In this document: positions 17,501 through 26,131 of the stretch, one piece after another | How positions within the stretch are numbered: position 1 is the stretch's first letter | Layout: every line of letters starts with the position of its first letter | Assembly: GCA_028712605.1 (NCBI GenBank) | Contig: JAQTPV010000001.1 | Span: 1 to 62,352 of the forward strand | Length of the DNA: 62,352 nt | From: Minisyncoccota bacterium | GTDB lineage: Bacteria; Patescibacteriota; Minisyncoccia; Minisyncoccales; CG1-02-41-26 | Direction: 5' to 3' | Notes under the pieces: model-generated | What the model was told of the DNA's origin: nothing | Seen by the model: only the letters and a program-made list of their open reading frames with translations | Database searches by the model: none | Made by a program: the position numbers and the translations under genes

Positions 17501-18667
17501 TTAAATATTAACGACTTTTAAATTTTTTAAAGCTTCTTTAATTAATTTTGCACTCTTGAGGTTCTTTTCCTCATTTTTAACTTCAGCTAAATCGGCCTTG
17601 GTCTCGGGAAATTGCGGCAAAAATCGAGAGCAACAATCCTGATGCTGCACAATGGAAACCTCATAAGTTCCTATCTCTTGGGCTTTAGCGATAATCTCTT
17701 GCTTATCAAATCCGATTAAGGGCCTTAAAACAAGCAAGGAGCTGGCTTCGGCAATGGCTGTAATATTGGGTAAAGTTTGAGAGGCTACCTGCCCGATACT
17801 TTCACCGGTAATCAAAACTTCAGCCTGCTCGGCTTGAGCAATCTTTTGAGCAATTTTAAGCATTAGTCTCCGATATAAAATTACCCTCAAATCCGCTTTC
17901 GTTTTTAGTAAAACCTCTTTTTGAATATCAGCAAAGGGCACTAAATAAACCGCAGCTTGTCCTTGAAACTTTTTCAAGACACTCGCTAAATCGCTCACCT
18001 TAGCAATAGAGGCTTGGTCAGTATACGGAAAACTATGAAAGTGCAAAAATATCACTTCTACCCCTCTTTTCATGGCGTAATAACTTGCCACTGGTGAATC
18101 AATCCCACCCGATAAAAGACAGACGGCCTTCCCACTCACCCCAACAGGCAGCCCGCCTAAGCCAATTATTTTCGCAGTGCCTAAAAAAGCCTCTTGATCA
18201 GTTATCTCAATCATTAAAACGACATCAGCACTTTCTAAATCTACTTCTTTTTTCAAACTTTCAGCAATATAGGCCCCGACTTGTTCATTAATCTCCTGCG
18301 AGGTTAGAGGAAACCCTTTATTGGCCCTCTTGGTTCTGACACAAAAGGTTTCAAAATCCAGATGAGCCAAAATCCCGCCAGCTGTTTTTTTAATCAGCTC
18401 CAAATCAAGCGGACAAGCCCAAGCTAAATAGAAATAAGCTAAACCAAAAACTTTTTTTAAGGGCTTTTCTGCCTTTTCAGCCTCTGCTGCATCATTGAAC
18501 TTAATCAAAATTCTGCCATAAAGGCGCCTTACTAATTGAAAAACGACCCCGTTGGTTTTCAGGGCTTTTTTAATATTCTCCACCAACTTCTCTTCAAACA
18601 TCTTTCTGTTCCCCCCCTTTAAGGCTATCTCTCCATAATGGCAAACTATGTACATAAGAAAAGGCAA
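17501..18667 (-). CDS. thiI: tRNA 4-thiouridine(8) synthase ThiI (no rhodanese domain)
   Basis: YGEIALKGGNRKMFE N-terminus, THUMP region, PP-loop SGGIDSPVA. Confidence 0.9.
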   Translation of the reverse strand: MPFLMYIVCHYGEIALKGGNRKMFEEKLVENIKKALKTNGVVFQLVRRLYGRILIKFNDAAEAEKAEKPLKKVFGLAYFYLAWACPLDLELIKKTAGGILAHLDFETFCVRTKRANKGFPLTSQEINEQVGAYIAESLKKEVDLESADVVLMIEITDQEAFLGTAKIIGLGGLPVGVSGKAVCLLSGGIDSPVASYYAMKRGVEVIFLHFHSFPYTDQASIAKVSDLASVLKKFQGQAAVYLVPFADIQKEVLLKTKADLRVILYRRLMLKIAQKIAQAEQAEVLITGESIGQVASQTLPNITAIAEASSLLVLRPLIGFDKQEIIAKAQEIGTYEVSIVQHQDCCSRFLPQFPETKADLAEVKNEEKNLKSAKLIKEALKNLKVVNI

Positions 18668-18678
18668 AATAAGACAAG

Positions 18679-18803
18679 GAAATTGTTTTTGCGAAGCATC
18701 CGCAGGCGAGTGGGCAAGGTTCCCGCCAAAGGCGGGAGAACGAGCCGAGGACTAAGCGAGCTCGCGCGCTGGGCGAGCGAGCGGCTCCGCAAAAACAATT
18801 TTC
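18679..18803. repeat. GC-rich structured element, copy 1 (15-bp closing stem plus ~95-nt GC-rich core)
   Basis: GAAATTGTTTTTGCG ... CGCAAAAACAATTTTC encloses a core homologous to 24282-24372, including the shared hairpin TCCCGCC-AAA-GGCGGGA. It fills the iorB-thiI intercistronic gap. Its GC content is visibly far above the surroundings. Confidence 0.6.
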
Positions 18804-18813
18804 GAGTCTATGT

Positions 18814-19383
18814 TTATGTTTTTGACAAATGCAATGCTTTAAGGTTTAGCTCCCAAAATTTTTCAGGCATTGTTTTTTTAATCGCCTCCTCCAAGCTTTT
18901 CATTGGCAATGGTAAATATTTTTTTCTAACAGCGTACCCAAGCAAATAAATGCCTGAAACCACTTCGTTACCCAACTTTTTCTGACAAATCTCTGAAGCT
19001 GGTATCACAAAAACCTTTTTACTGACATCAGCAAGCCTTTGTTTGATCTCGTCAAGGCCTACATCAACAGCTAATGTGGGTGTTTGATATTTGTTAATTA
19101 AAAATATGGATTTCTTGGAAGCAAATTGAGCACCATTCAATACCTCTTGCTGTTCTAAGGCAATGATTAAATTCGCCTGTCCTTTAGGCACCATCGGCGA
19201 AAAAACTTGCTCGCCAAATCTAATATAAACCTCCACCGACCCTCCCCTTTGCGACAAGCCATGCAATTCTGAAGTTTTAACATCAAAGCCTTCATCAAAG
19301 GCTGCCTGCGATATAATCTTAAGCAAAGTTACCAATCCCTGACCGCCCACTCCAGATATCACAATATTAAATGTTTTATCCAT
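18814..19383 (-). CDS. iorB: Indolepyruvate/2-oxoacid:ferredoxin oxidoreductase subunit beta (gamma-domain type)
   Basis: ISGVGGQGLVT...ELHGLSQRGGSV matches the pyruvate/ketoisovalerate oxidoreductase catalytic-domain pattern. Follows iorA. Confidence 0.8.
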   Translation of the reverse strand: MDKTFNIVISGVGGQGLVTLLKIISQAAFDEGFDVKTSELHGLSQRGGSVEVYIRFGEQVFSPMVPKGQANLIIALEQQEVLNGAQFASKKSIFLINKYQTPTLAVDVGLDEIKQRLADVSKKVFVIPASEICQKKLGNEVVSGIYLLGYAVRKKYLPLPMKSLEEAIKKTMPEKFWELNLKALHLSKT

Positions 19384-19391
19384 GGTTTAAA

Positions 19392-21071
19392 TTATTGTTT
19401 TTGCCTTTTCTCTAACAAGGCGCAAATGCGCTTGGCAATAATAACAGAAATTTCGTTTTTGGGATAATATTCTTGGATGCTTGTGACTAACTCATCAAAA
19501 CCGTCAACGGGATCAACGATTTTAATATTCTTAACACCCAAGGCCCGGGCCACTTCCTCAATTTTTATTTCAGGAGCCGCATCGGTTTCTGCAGCCTTAC
19601 CCATACCCGGGTTAGGCTGGTGACCAGTCATGGCGGTAATACGATTATCTACGATAATGGCCAGCAAATTTGATTGATTATAAACAGCGTTCAGTAGGGC
19701 TTCAATGCCTGAATGAAAAAACGTCCCATCGCCTATTAAAGTTACCACTTTTTGCTGTCCATTAGTAGCCTTGGCTATACCATGCCCGATACCAATGGAA
19801 GAACCCATACAAAACATATAATCATAGAGATTATGCGGCGGCAAAGCAGCAATCATATAACAACCAATGTCGCCTCCAAAAACCGTGTTTTCAGGCACCG
19901 CTTTCTTAATGGCGGCAAACACTCTCCAATAGGGACAAGTGGCCGCTCCAGAACAAAAACGAGGAAAATGTTTTACCCCCTCCACCATTGATTGGGGGAC
20001 CACATATTTTTTACGGACCACTGCGGCAACAGCCCCAGCTACTATTTCTGGATTCATCTCACCAGTTTCTGGTAGGATGTTTTTTCCATAAATTACCAAC
20101 TTTGGATTAGCTGATTTGGCTAAGGCTGCCACTTCTTTTTCTAAATAGGGGTCCAACTCCTCCACTATTAAAACTTTTTTTAAGGGCTTAATAAAATCTT
20201 TAATTTTCTGTTCGGGCAAGGGATAAAAAAATCCAAGCTTCAAAACCGGTACGTCCTTGCCCAGCATCCGCAGGGCCTCCAAAACATGTAAATAAGCGAC
20301 GCCTGAAGTTATAATCCCCGCTCTTTTTGTATTTGTATTAGTAGACAGGTCGCCATAGACATAGTTAACATCGCTATCCTCAACAAAAAGCTTGATTATT
20401 GAAATTTTATCCAGCAACTCCTGATGCATTTCCATCACCCTTGGGGGCATTGTCACGAAACGATGCTTATCCTTAATAAACTCGGCATCAGACGGCCTTA
20501 CCTTAGGTAAGCCACTGGTTTGAACAACGGCCTTTTGATGGGCCACCCTGGTAGTAGTTCTGACTATTACTGGCAGATGAAATCTTTTTGATATCTGAAA
20601 ACCCAGCCTTACGAATTCTAAGCATTCTTGGGCATCTGATGGTTCAAGCACTGGTATGTGCGATAGATAGGCAAAACCGCGAGAATTTTCTTCGGATTGA
20701 GCAGAGCTGTGACAAGACGGATCATCGGCCACAATGATTACTGTAGCCCCCTTAGAACCTGTATAGCCAAACGGTATCAGGCTTTCTAGGGCCACATTCA
20801 TGCCAAAATTCTTCATCGCCACCAAACACTTTAACCCAGAAAAGCTAGCGCCAATCGCAGCCTCCAAGGCCGTTTTTTCGTTAGTGGAGAATTCAAAATA
20901 AATGCTGTCATTATTTTTAGCAATTTCGGAAAACAAGTTGCCGATTTCTGAAGCGGGAGTGCCAGGATAAGTAGAAACAAACTGAACACCAGACTCCAAA
21001 GCCCCTCTGACAATGGCCTCATTGCCCATGAGGATAACTCTTTCATTTTGTAATCTGGTTAACTCTTGCAT
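19392..21071 (-). CDS. iorA: Indolepyruvate:ferredoxin oxidoreductase subunit alpha
   Basis: LMGNEAIVRGALESGVQFVSTYPGTPASEI N-terminus and TPP-binding GDGTFFHSG...NRITAMTGHQ. Confidence 0.85.
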   Translation of the reverse strand: MQELTRLQNERVILMGNEAIVRGALESGVQFVSTYPGTPASEIGNLFSEIAKNNDSIYFEFSTNEKTALEAAIGASFSGLKCLVAMKNFGMNVALESLIPFGYTGSKGATVIIVADDPSCHSSAQSEENSRGFAYLSHIPVLEPSDAQECLEFVRLGFQISKRFHLPVIVRTTTRVAHQKAVVQTSGLPKVRPSDAEFIKDKHRFVTMPPRVMEMHQELLDKISIIKLFVEDSDVNYVYGDLSTNTNTKRAGIITSGVAYLHVLEALRMLGKDVPVLKLGFFYPLPEQKIKDFIKPLKKVLIVEELDPYLEKEVAALAKSANPKLVIYGKNILPETGEMNPEIVAGAVAAVVRKKYVVPQSMVEGVKHFPRFCSGAATCPYWRVFAAIKKAVPENTVFGGDIGCYMIAALPPHNLYDYMFCMGSSIGIGHGIAKATNGQQKVVTLIGDGTFFHSGIEALLNAVYNQSNLLAIIVDNRITAMTGHQPNPGMGKAAETDAAPEIKIEEVARALGVKNIKIVDPVDGFDELVTSIQEYYPKNEISVIIAKRICALLEKRQKQ

Positions 21072-21104
21072 ATATAGCGCTATTTTACCACAATTTTCTC
21101 TTGA

Positions 21105-21166
21105 GATAAAATAACAAGGGTTATGGTTTTCTGCTGATCCCCCTTGCAGACAAACTCATAACCCTT
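21105..21166 (-). terminator. Terminator-like hairpin after the tRNA (10-bp outer stem, inner 5-bp stem, U-rich tail)
   Basis: Minus strand: AAGGGTTATG ... CATAACCCTT followed by GTTATTTTAT. It sits between the tRNA and the extended -10 (TGGTAAAAT) upstream of iorA. Confidence 0.5.
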
Positions 21167-21290
21167 TGTAGAGGAGATTATACTGGCAGAGGAAAGGCTG
21201 AATATTGGGTATCAATTATCAATAATCCCTAAAGCATAAAGCAATCCTCTGCCAGACCTTGAACGCCACTAAGCGGCGAGAAAGGCATGA

Positions 21291-21368
21291 TGGCCTCCTG
21301 GGCTGGAATTGAACCAGCTAACGACCCAGATTATGCATCTGGCGCTCTACCGTTGGCGCTACCAGGAG
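21291..21368 (-). tRNA. tRNA with CAU anticodon (Met or Ile2), non-canonical details
   Basis: Hand fold: acceptor CTCCTGG/CCAGGAG, discriminator G, encoded CCA, T arm GCTGG-TTCAATT-CCAGC, anticodon stem CCAGA/TCTGG. The loop reads TGCATAA, which puts G at position 33. The variable loop is 7 nt and the D stem has a G-A mismatch. Confidence 0.6.
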
Positions 21369-21461
21369 ACGTTGGAAGAACGAGCGAAGGCACAAATAGC
21401 ACCCTCGCTCCTTCCTCCAATGGTTCATATAATACTTAAAGTACATAATTTGTCAATGTTT

Positions 21462-22526
21462 CTACGAGATAATACCGCCGCCTAACAATTTATCACCTTC
21501 ATAAAAAACTACGGACTGTCCGCAAGTAACAGCACGTTGAGAATTGATAAAGATAATTTTATATCTTACCTTGCTCATTTTTTCTACAATAGTAGCTGAT
21601 GATAATCCGGAACGGTAGCGAACTTTAGCCTTAACTTTTAATGGTAATTTCGGTTCAACGCCTGAAATCCAATTAACATTTTCAGCGATTACTTCTTTCT
21701 GAAGTAAGTCTTTTTCGTTTTTACTAACCACCAAAGCATTCTTTTTTATGTCTTTGGCTATCACAAACCAAGGCCCGTCAGATAACCCAATCCCCTTTCT
21801 CTGACCAATCGTATAAAAACACAAGCCCTGATGTTCGCCAATCGCCTCACCATCCTTTGTTGTAATCTTGCCAACCTTACGAAGACCGCCTTTATAAGAT
21901 TGCAAAAAGCTATCAATATCCATATTTTGTAAGAAACACACATCATTAGACTCTGTTGTTTGAGCCGTAGGCAACCCCAATTTAGCTGCCACCTCTCTCA
22001 CCTCTCGCTTGCTTTTAAAATTACCTATGGGAAACAAAAGGCGTTTTAGCTGTCTCTGGTTTAACTTCCATAAAAAATAGCTTTGGTCTTTTTCTAAATT
22101 CTTAGCTTTCAATAATTTATAAATATTACCAGCCCCACCTTTTCTGACGTAATGGCCAGTAGCTAAAAAATCAGCTCCCAACCTCTTAGCCAGACCCAGC
22201 AATAAACCAAACTTAATTTCCTTGTTGCAAACTACACAGGGGTTAGGGGTTCTGCCCTTCTTTAGTTCCCCCAGAAAATAATTTACTACCCTTTTCTTAA
22301 ATTCGCGGCCCAAGTCCACAATTTGCAATGAAATACCCAAAACAGAAGCTACTTTTTTAAGCCTCTCCTGGGTTTCTCTTTGTATCTTCTTATTGGGATT
22401 AGCCGACCACAGTTTCATATGTACCCCAACCACTTCATAACCCTGTTGCTTGAGCAAGGCTGCAGCCACTGAACTGTCCACGCCACCCGATAAAGCCACT
22501 ACTACTTTTTGTCTTTTCGTTTCCAT
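21462..22526 (-). CDS. mnmA: tRNA 2-thiouridine(34) synthase MnmA
   Basis: PP-loop SGGVDSSVAA, NPCVVCN, and overall MnmA layout. Confidence 0.95.
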   Translation of the reverse strand: METKRQKVVVALSGGVDSSVAAALLKQQGYEVVGVHMKLWSANPNKKIQRETQERLKKVASVLGISLQIVDLGREFKKRVVNYFLGELKKGRTPNPCVVCNKEIKFGLLLGLAKRLGADFLATGHYVRKGGAGNIYKLLKAKNLEKDQSYFLWKLNQRQLKRLLFPIGNFKSKREVREVAAKLGLPTAQTTESNDVCFLQNMDIDSFLQSYKGGLRKVGKITTKDGEAIGEHQGLCFYTIGQRKGIGLSDGPWFVIAKDIKKNALVVSKNEKDLLQKEVIAENVNWISGVEPKLPLKVKAKVRYRSGLSSATIVEKMSKVRYKIIFINSQRAVTCGQSVVFYEGDKLLGGGIIS

Positions 22527-22611
22527 AACCTAAACCACTTTAATTTAACAAATTTAAGCGTTGTGATAAATAGTTTAGGGGGAACTCCTTGAGTTCCCCC
22601 TATAATAAACC

Positions 22612-23106
22612 TTACTGTAAAGATACGGCATTTGCCTTTGTTAATATGGGCTTTCTCTCAAGGGTAACCAGCATAGTCGATGCCTTACCTTCAATCCATA
22701 CCGATACTTGATGGGTATTGGTAAGATACACAATATGATCTTCTCCGCTCCAAGGGACAGCTAAGGCTATGCTTTTCTTAATTTTTGAGTCTTCCGATCC
22801 AATATTAATATATGGACTTCTGACGCCATTCCCCCTGAAAAAGAAGGTGTCTTTAGGAAAGGCCAGTTTATAAGAATATCCCTGATTTTCTCTTGCGAGA
22901 CTAACAAAAACCCGACGCTCGGCGTTCACAAGCCCATAACATACCTCTTCCTCTTTAGAGAGAGGAATAGCAAGAAATAAGACCTCCAGGCTATCGCCGC
23001 TTCTAAGGTTAATGGGATATTCAATCTGCGATGTCTGATGCAGACATCCGCAACAAAAAAGAACAGAAACCACGAAAAGCAAAGCTATTAATCTTAATGC
23101 GCCCAC
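22612..23106 (-). CDS. Hypothetical secreted protein or lipoprotein
   Basis: Signal peptide with the Cys cluster LFCCGC. No family recognised. Confidence 0.45.
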   Translation of the reverse strand: MGALRLIALLFVVSVLFCCGCLHQTSQIEYPINLRSGDSLEVLFLAIPLSKEEEVCYGLVNAERRVFVSLARENQGYSYKLAFPKDTFFFRGNGVRSPYINIGSEDSKIKKSIALAVPWSGEDHIVYLTNTHQVSVWIEGKASTMLVTLERKPILTKANAVSLQ

Positions 23107-23192
23107 ATTGCACCTCCATACATAACAAAAAGTAAATAGGTCGACGAATTACGATGTCATCAATTTAGCATAAAAATAATATAACTCAAGGT

Positions 23193-23221
23193 TTGCATTG
23201 TCTTAATAACCAAGTTAAAAT
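23193..23221 (+). promoter_or_regulatory. Sigma70-like promoter candidate (TTGCAT-17-TAAAAT)
   Basis: Hexamers at 23193-23198 and 23216-23221, 12 nt upstream of the ATG at 23233. Confidence 0.3.
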
Positions 23222-23232
23222 AAAAAAATAAT

Positions 23233-24234
23233 ATGAACAATAACAAACTCCAAAACTATTTTTTCTTGGCCATCTTGTTAATCAGCTTCAGCCTAACAGC
23301 TTGGCTGCTTTGGTCATACCTGGGCATTATCGTTTTAACGGCCACCTTAGCTATTATCTTCTCGCCGCTTTATAAGAAATTGTTAAGTCTTACCAAGAAA
23401 GAAAGCCTGTCTGCCTTTTTATCACTTTTGGTTGTAGTAATTATCGTTTTAACACCCTTAACTTTATTCAGCTTACAAGTTCTAAAAGAGGCTGGGGAGC
23501 TTTATCATCAAATTACCCAAGGGCCCGACAATTTATTAATGACCATCCAAGCTGAAATCCAAAAAATCTTTCCTGATTTCTCTATTAACTTTGATGCCTT
23601 TTTAAAGCAAATACTTAACTTATTAGTAAGCCACTTGGCCACCATCTTTTCCAGTATAGGCCAAATACTTATTAACCTAACCTTGGGCCTTTTGACGTTA
23701 TTTTATTTCTTCCGCGATGGTAAAAAATTAGAAAAAGCGCTAAGAGACTTAAGCCCCCTTAAAGAACAATACAATAATGATATTCTTAGCCAATTAAAAA
23801 TGGCCATTAATTCAATCGTCAAAGGATCTCTCTTAAGCGCTGTCCTGCACGGCATTTTAATTGGTCTGGGTTTCAAAATCTTTGGCCTTTCCAATGCTGC
23901 CTTATGGGGAACGGCTATTTTCTTCTCCACCCTAATACCAGGCATTGGCCTGGCGCTTGTCCTTATCCCTGCTGGCCTATTCCTCCTTTATACGGGAAAC
24001 GGCCTAGCGGCCTTTGGAGTATTAATTTGGGGCGTGATTGTTAACTTAGTCCTTGATTACCTGGTTACCCCACAAATCTTAAAAAGAAATATGAACATTC
24101 ACCCCCTCTTGGTTCTTTTGTCGGTTTTAGGGGGGCTAACAGTGTTTGGACCAATGGGCATCTTAATGGGTCCGCTAATCTTAAGCCTGTTAATCGCTTT
24201 ACTGAAAATATACCCTGAAATTGCTCTCACTTAA
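23233..24234 (+). CDS. AI-2E family transporter (PerM/UPF0118)
   Basis: About 8 TM helices. The FFRDGKKL and LIPGIG..L segments are typical of the family. Confidence 0.85.
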   Translation: MNNNKLQNYFFLAILLISFSLTAWLLWSYLGIIVLTATLAIIFSPLYKKLLSLTKKESLSAFLSLLVVVIIVLTPLTLFSLQVLKEAGELYHQITQGPDNLLMTIQAEIQKIFPDFSINFDAFLKQILNLLVSHLATIFSSIGQILINLTLGLLTLFYFFRDGKKLEKALRDLSPLKEQYNNDILSQLKMAINSIVKGSLLSAVLHGILIGLGFKIFGLSNAALWGTAIFFSTLIPGIGLALVLIPAGLFLLYTGNGLAAFGVLIWGVIVNLVLDYLVTPQILKRNMNIHPLLVLLSVLGGLTVFGPMGILMGPLILSLLIALLKIYPEIALT

Positions 24235-24263
24235 AAATAATAACATTACACACTAAGGGACGA

Positions 24264-24390
24264 GGGAAGTGTCTTCAAGGAACTTCTGCAGCCGAGCGGG
24301 CACGATTCCGCCTGCAGGCGGAGAGCGAGGCGAAGCCATGAGCAAGCTGCCTCGCTGGGGCAGCGCAGCGTATCCTTGAAAACACTTCCC
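24264..24390. repeat. GC-rich structured element, copy 2 (18-bp closing stem plus ~91-nt GC-rich core)
   Basis: GGGAAGTGTCTTCAAGGA ... TCCTTGAAAACACTTCCC (one mismatch) encloses a core homologous to 18694-18787. The shared hairpin is TCCGCC-TGCA-GGCGGA. Confidence 0.6.
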
Positions 24391-24438
24391 GAGTCCGCAA
24401 CGTAAAATGATTAACTGAATAAGTTACAAATAAAAACT

Positions 24439-24476
24439 AAAACCCACCCTCTCCAAAGTCAAAGAGGGTGGGTTTT
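24439..24476. terminator. Bidirectional intrinsic terminator between convergent genes
   Basis: AAAACCCACCCTCT-ccaaagtcaa-AGAGGGTGGGTTTT. Confidence 0.7.
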
Positions 24477-24481
24477 GGCGA

Positions 24482-24964
24482 TTATACAGCCTTGTCTTTT
24501 TTATATCTTTCCTCTATGGCCTGCTTCTCTTTTTGTAATTGCTGATGGCGGAGTTTAAGTTTTTCGGGAATCAGCTTATTGTTTTTATTGAAATAGTCGT
24601 GAATGGCTTCTATTAAAGCATCCCCAGCCAAAACTGAACAATGAATTTTAACAGGAGGCAAGCCTCCCAGTTTTTCAACAATTTCTTTCCTATCAAAATC
24701 TAAAGCTTCTGATATGGTTTTGCCTTTTACTAAATCAGTTAACATGCTGGATGAAGCGATGGCGGCTAAACAACCATAGGTTTCAAACTTAATGTCTTTA
24801 ATAATCTCCTGCCCTTTTTTATCTTTGGCTACCTTAATATAAAGACGCATTAAGTCGCCGCAAACAATATTGCCCACCTCACCAACACCATCAGGATTTT
24901 TCATTTTCCCGTAATTATGGGGCTTATTAAAATGTTGTAAAACCTCTTTGGAATATGGGATCAT
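24482..24964 (-). CDS. iscU: Fe-S cluster scaffold IscU/NifU-like with a charged C-terminal extension
   Basis: GNIVCGDLMRLY, YGCLAAIASSS and IHCSVLA are the three conserved Cys environments. Confidence 0.9.
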   Translation of the reverse strand: MIPYSKEVLQHFNKPHNYGKMKNPDGVGEVGNIVCGDLMRLYIKVAKDKKGQEIIKDIKFETYGCLAAIASSSMLTDLVKGKTISEALDFDRKEIVEKLGGLPPVKIHCSVLAGDALIEAIHDYFNKNNKLIPEKLKLRHQQLQKEKQAIEERYKKDKAV

Positions 24965-24967
24965 AAA

Positions 24968-26131
24968 TTACTTAACTGGAGAAATACCTCTTAATCTTTC
25001 AATAACCTTTGGTAAAACTTTAAGGACATAGGCTATCTCTTGTTCGGTAGTGTATTTACCTAAGGTAAACCTCACAGAACCATGGGCTTTTTCAGGGGAT
25101 AGCCCCAAAGCCATTAAGACGTGAGAAGGTTCAAGGCTGCCTGAAGCACAGGCTGAGCCAGTAGAAACAGCAATCCCCTCTTGGTCTAAGGCCATTAAAA
25201 TACTTTCCCCTTCAGCGCCAGCAAAGCTGATATTAGCATTATTGGGCAATCGCTGTTCCCTGGAGCCATTTAAAGAGGTTTTAGAGATGTTTTGCAATAT
25301 ATTGCTTATCAATTCGTCTCTCAATCTTTTAATGTTTTGAATTTCATTTTTTGTCTTTTGGATTTGTCCGACAGCCTCCCCCAGGCCAACAACCCCAGCG
25401 ACATTCTCCGTGCCAGACCTGTAACCATTCTCCTGATGGCCGCCATAAATCATTGGCTCAATGGCTATGCCTTTTCTAATGAATAAAACACCAGCCCCCT
25501 TAGGTCCGTAAATTTTATGCCCCGACAAAGTTAATAAATCTACTTGCAATTTCTGGACGTCACAACCCAGGTAATTGGCCGCCTGAACAGCGTCTGTATG
25601 AAAAATTATCTTTTGACTTTGCTTTTTTAACAAAGTACCAATTTCAGCTATGGGCTGAATAGTGCCGATTTCATTATTAGCGTACATCACAGAAACCAAA
25701 ACAGTATTGGGTTTAAGCACTTTTTCAATGTCACCAACCCGAACAATCCCCTCTGGACCAACCGATAAATAACTCACCTCCACCCCTTCTTTTTCCAATT
25801 GGCCAAAGGGCTCCAATACCGCTGAATGCTCAATGGCCGTGGTAATTATATGTGGCTTTAAGCCCTTCTTTTGCGCTATCTTTACTGCACCTAAAATAGC
25901 TAAGTTATCAGCTTCCGTGGCTGAACCACAAAAAATAATCTCATCGGGACGACAATTTAAAAAAACAGCTACTTGCTGTCTGGCTTTTTCTATAGCCTCC
26001 TTAGCCATCCTTCCAAAGCTATGCAATGACGAAGCATTGCCAAACTCCTTGTCCATATATGGCAGCATCGCCTTTTTTATTTCAGAGTCTAAAGGCGTTG
26101 TTGCTGCATAATCAAGATATACTTTTTTCAT
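24968..26131 (-). CDS. nifS: Cysteine desulfurase (NifS/IscS class)
   Basis: YLDYAATTP, PLP-Lys SGHKIYGPKG, active-site STGSACASG. Start moved to the Met at 26131 (alternative at 26137). Overlaps the upstream gene's end by about 20 nt. Confidence 0.95.
   Translation of the reverse strand: MKKVYLDYAATTPLDSEIKKAMLPYMDKEFGNASSLHSFGRMAKEAIEKARQQVAVFLNCRPDEIIFCGSATEADNLAILGAVKIAQKKGLKPHIITTAIEHSAVLEPFGQLEKEGVEVSYLSVGPEGIVRVGDIEKVLKPNTVLVSVMYANNEIGTIQPIAEIGTLLKKQSQKIIFHTDAVQAANYLGCDVQKLQVDLLTLSGHKIYGPKGAGVLFIRKGIAIEPMIYGGHQENGYRSGTENVAGVVGLGEAVGQIQKTKNEIQNIKRLRDELISNILQNISKTSLNGSREQRLPNNANISFAGAEGESILMALDQEGIAVSTGSACASGSLEPSHVLMALGLSPEKAHGSVRFTLGKYTTEQEIAYVLKVLPKVIERLRGISPVK

Noticed and set aside
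18638-18949. 103-aa plus-strand ORF spanning the GC-rich element
   Set aside because: It reads through the structured repeat and into the antisense of iorB. The Arg-rich product is a composition artefact of the GC-rich core, and the frame is not conserved in copy 2.
21370-21416. Possible third copy of the GC-rich element family next to the tRNA(CAU)
   Set aside because: Only a ~17-nt stretch (GAAGAACGAGCGAAGGCAC) resembles the AGA(A/G)CGAG(C/G)CGA(G/A)G block. The rest of the core is missing, so it is better described as a simple 9-bp hairpin.
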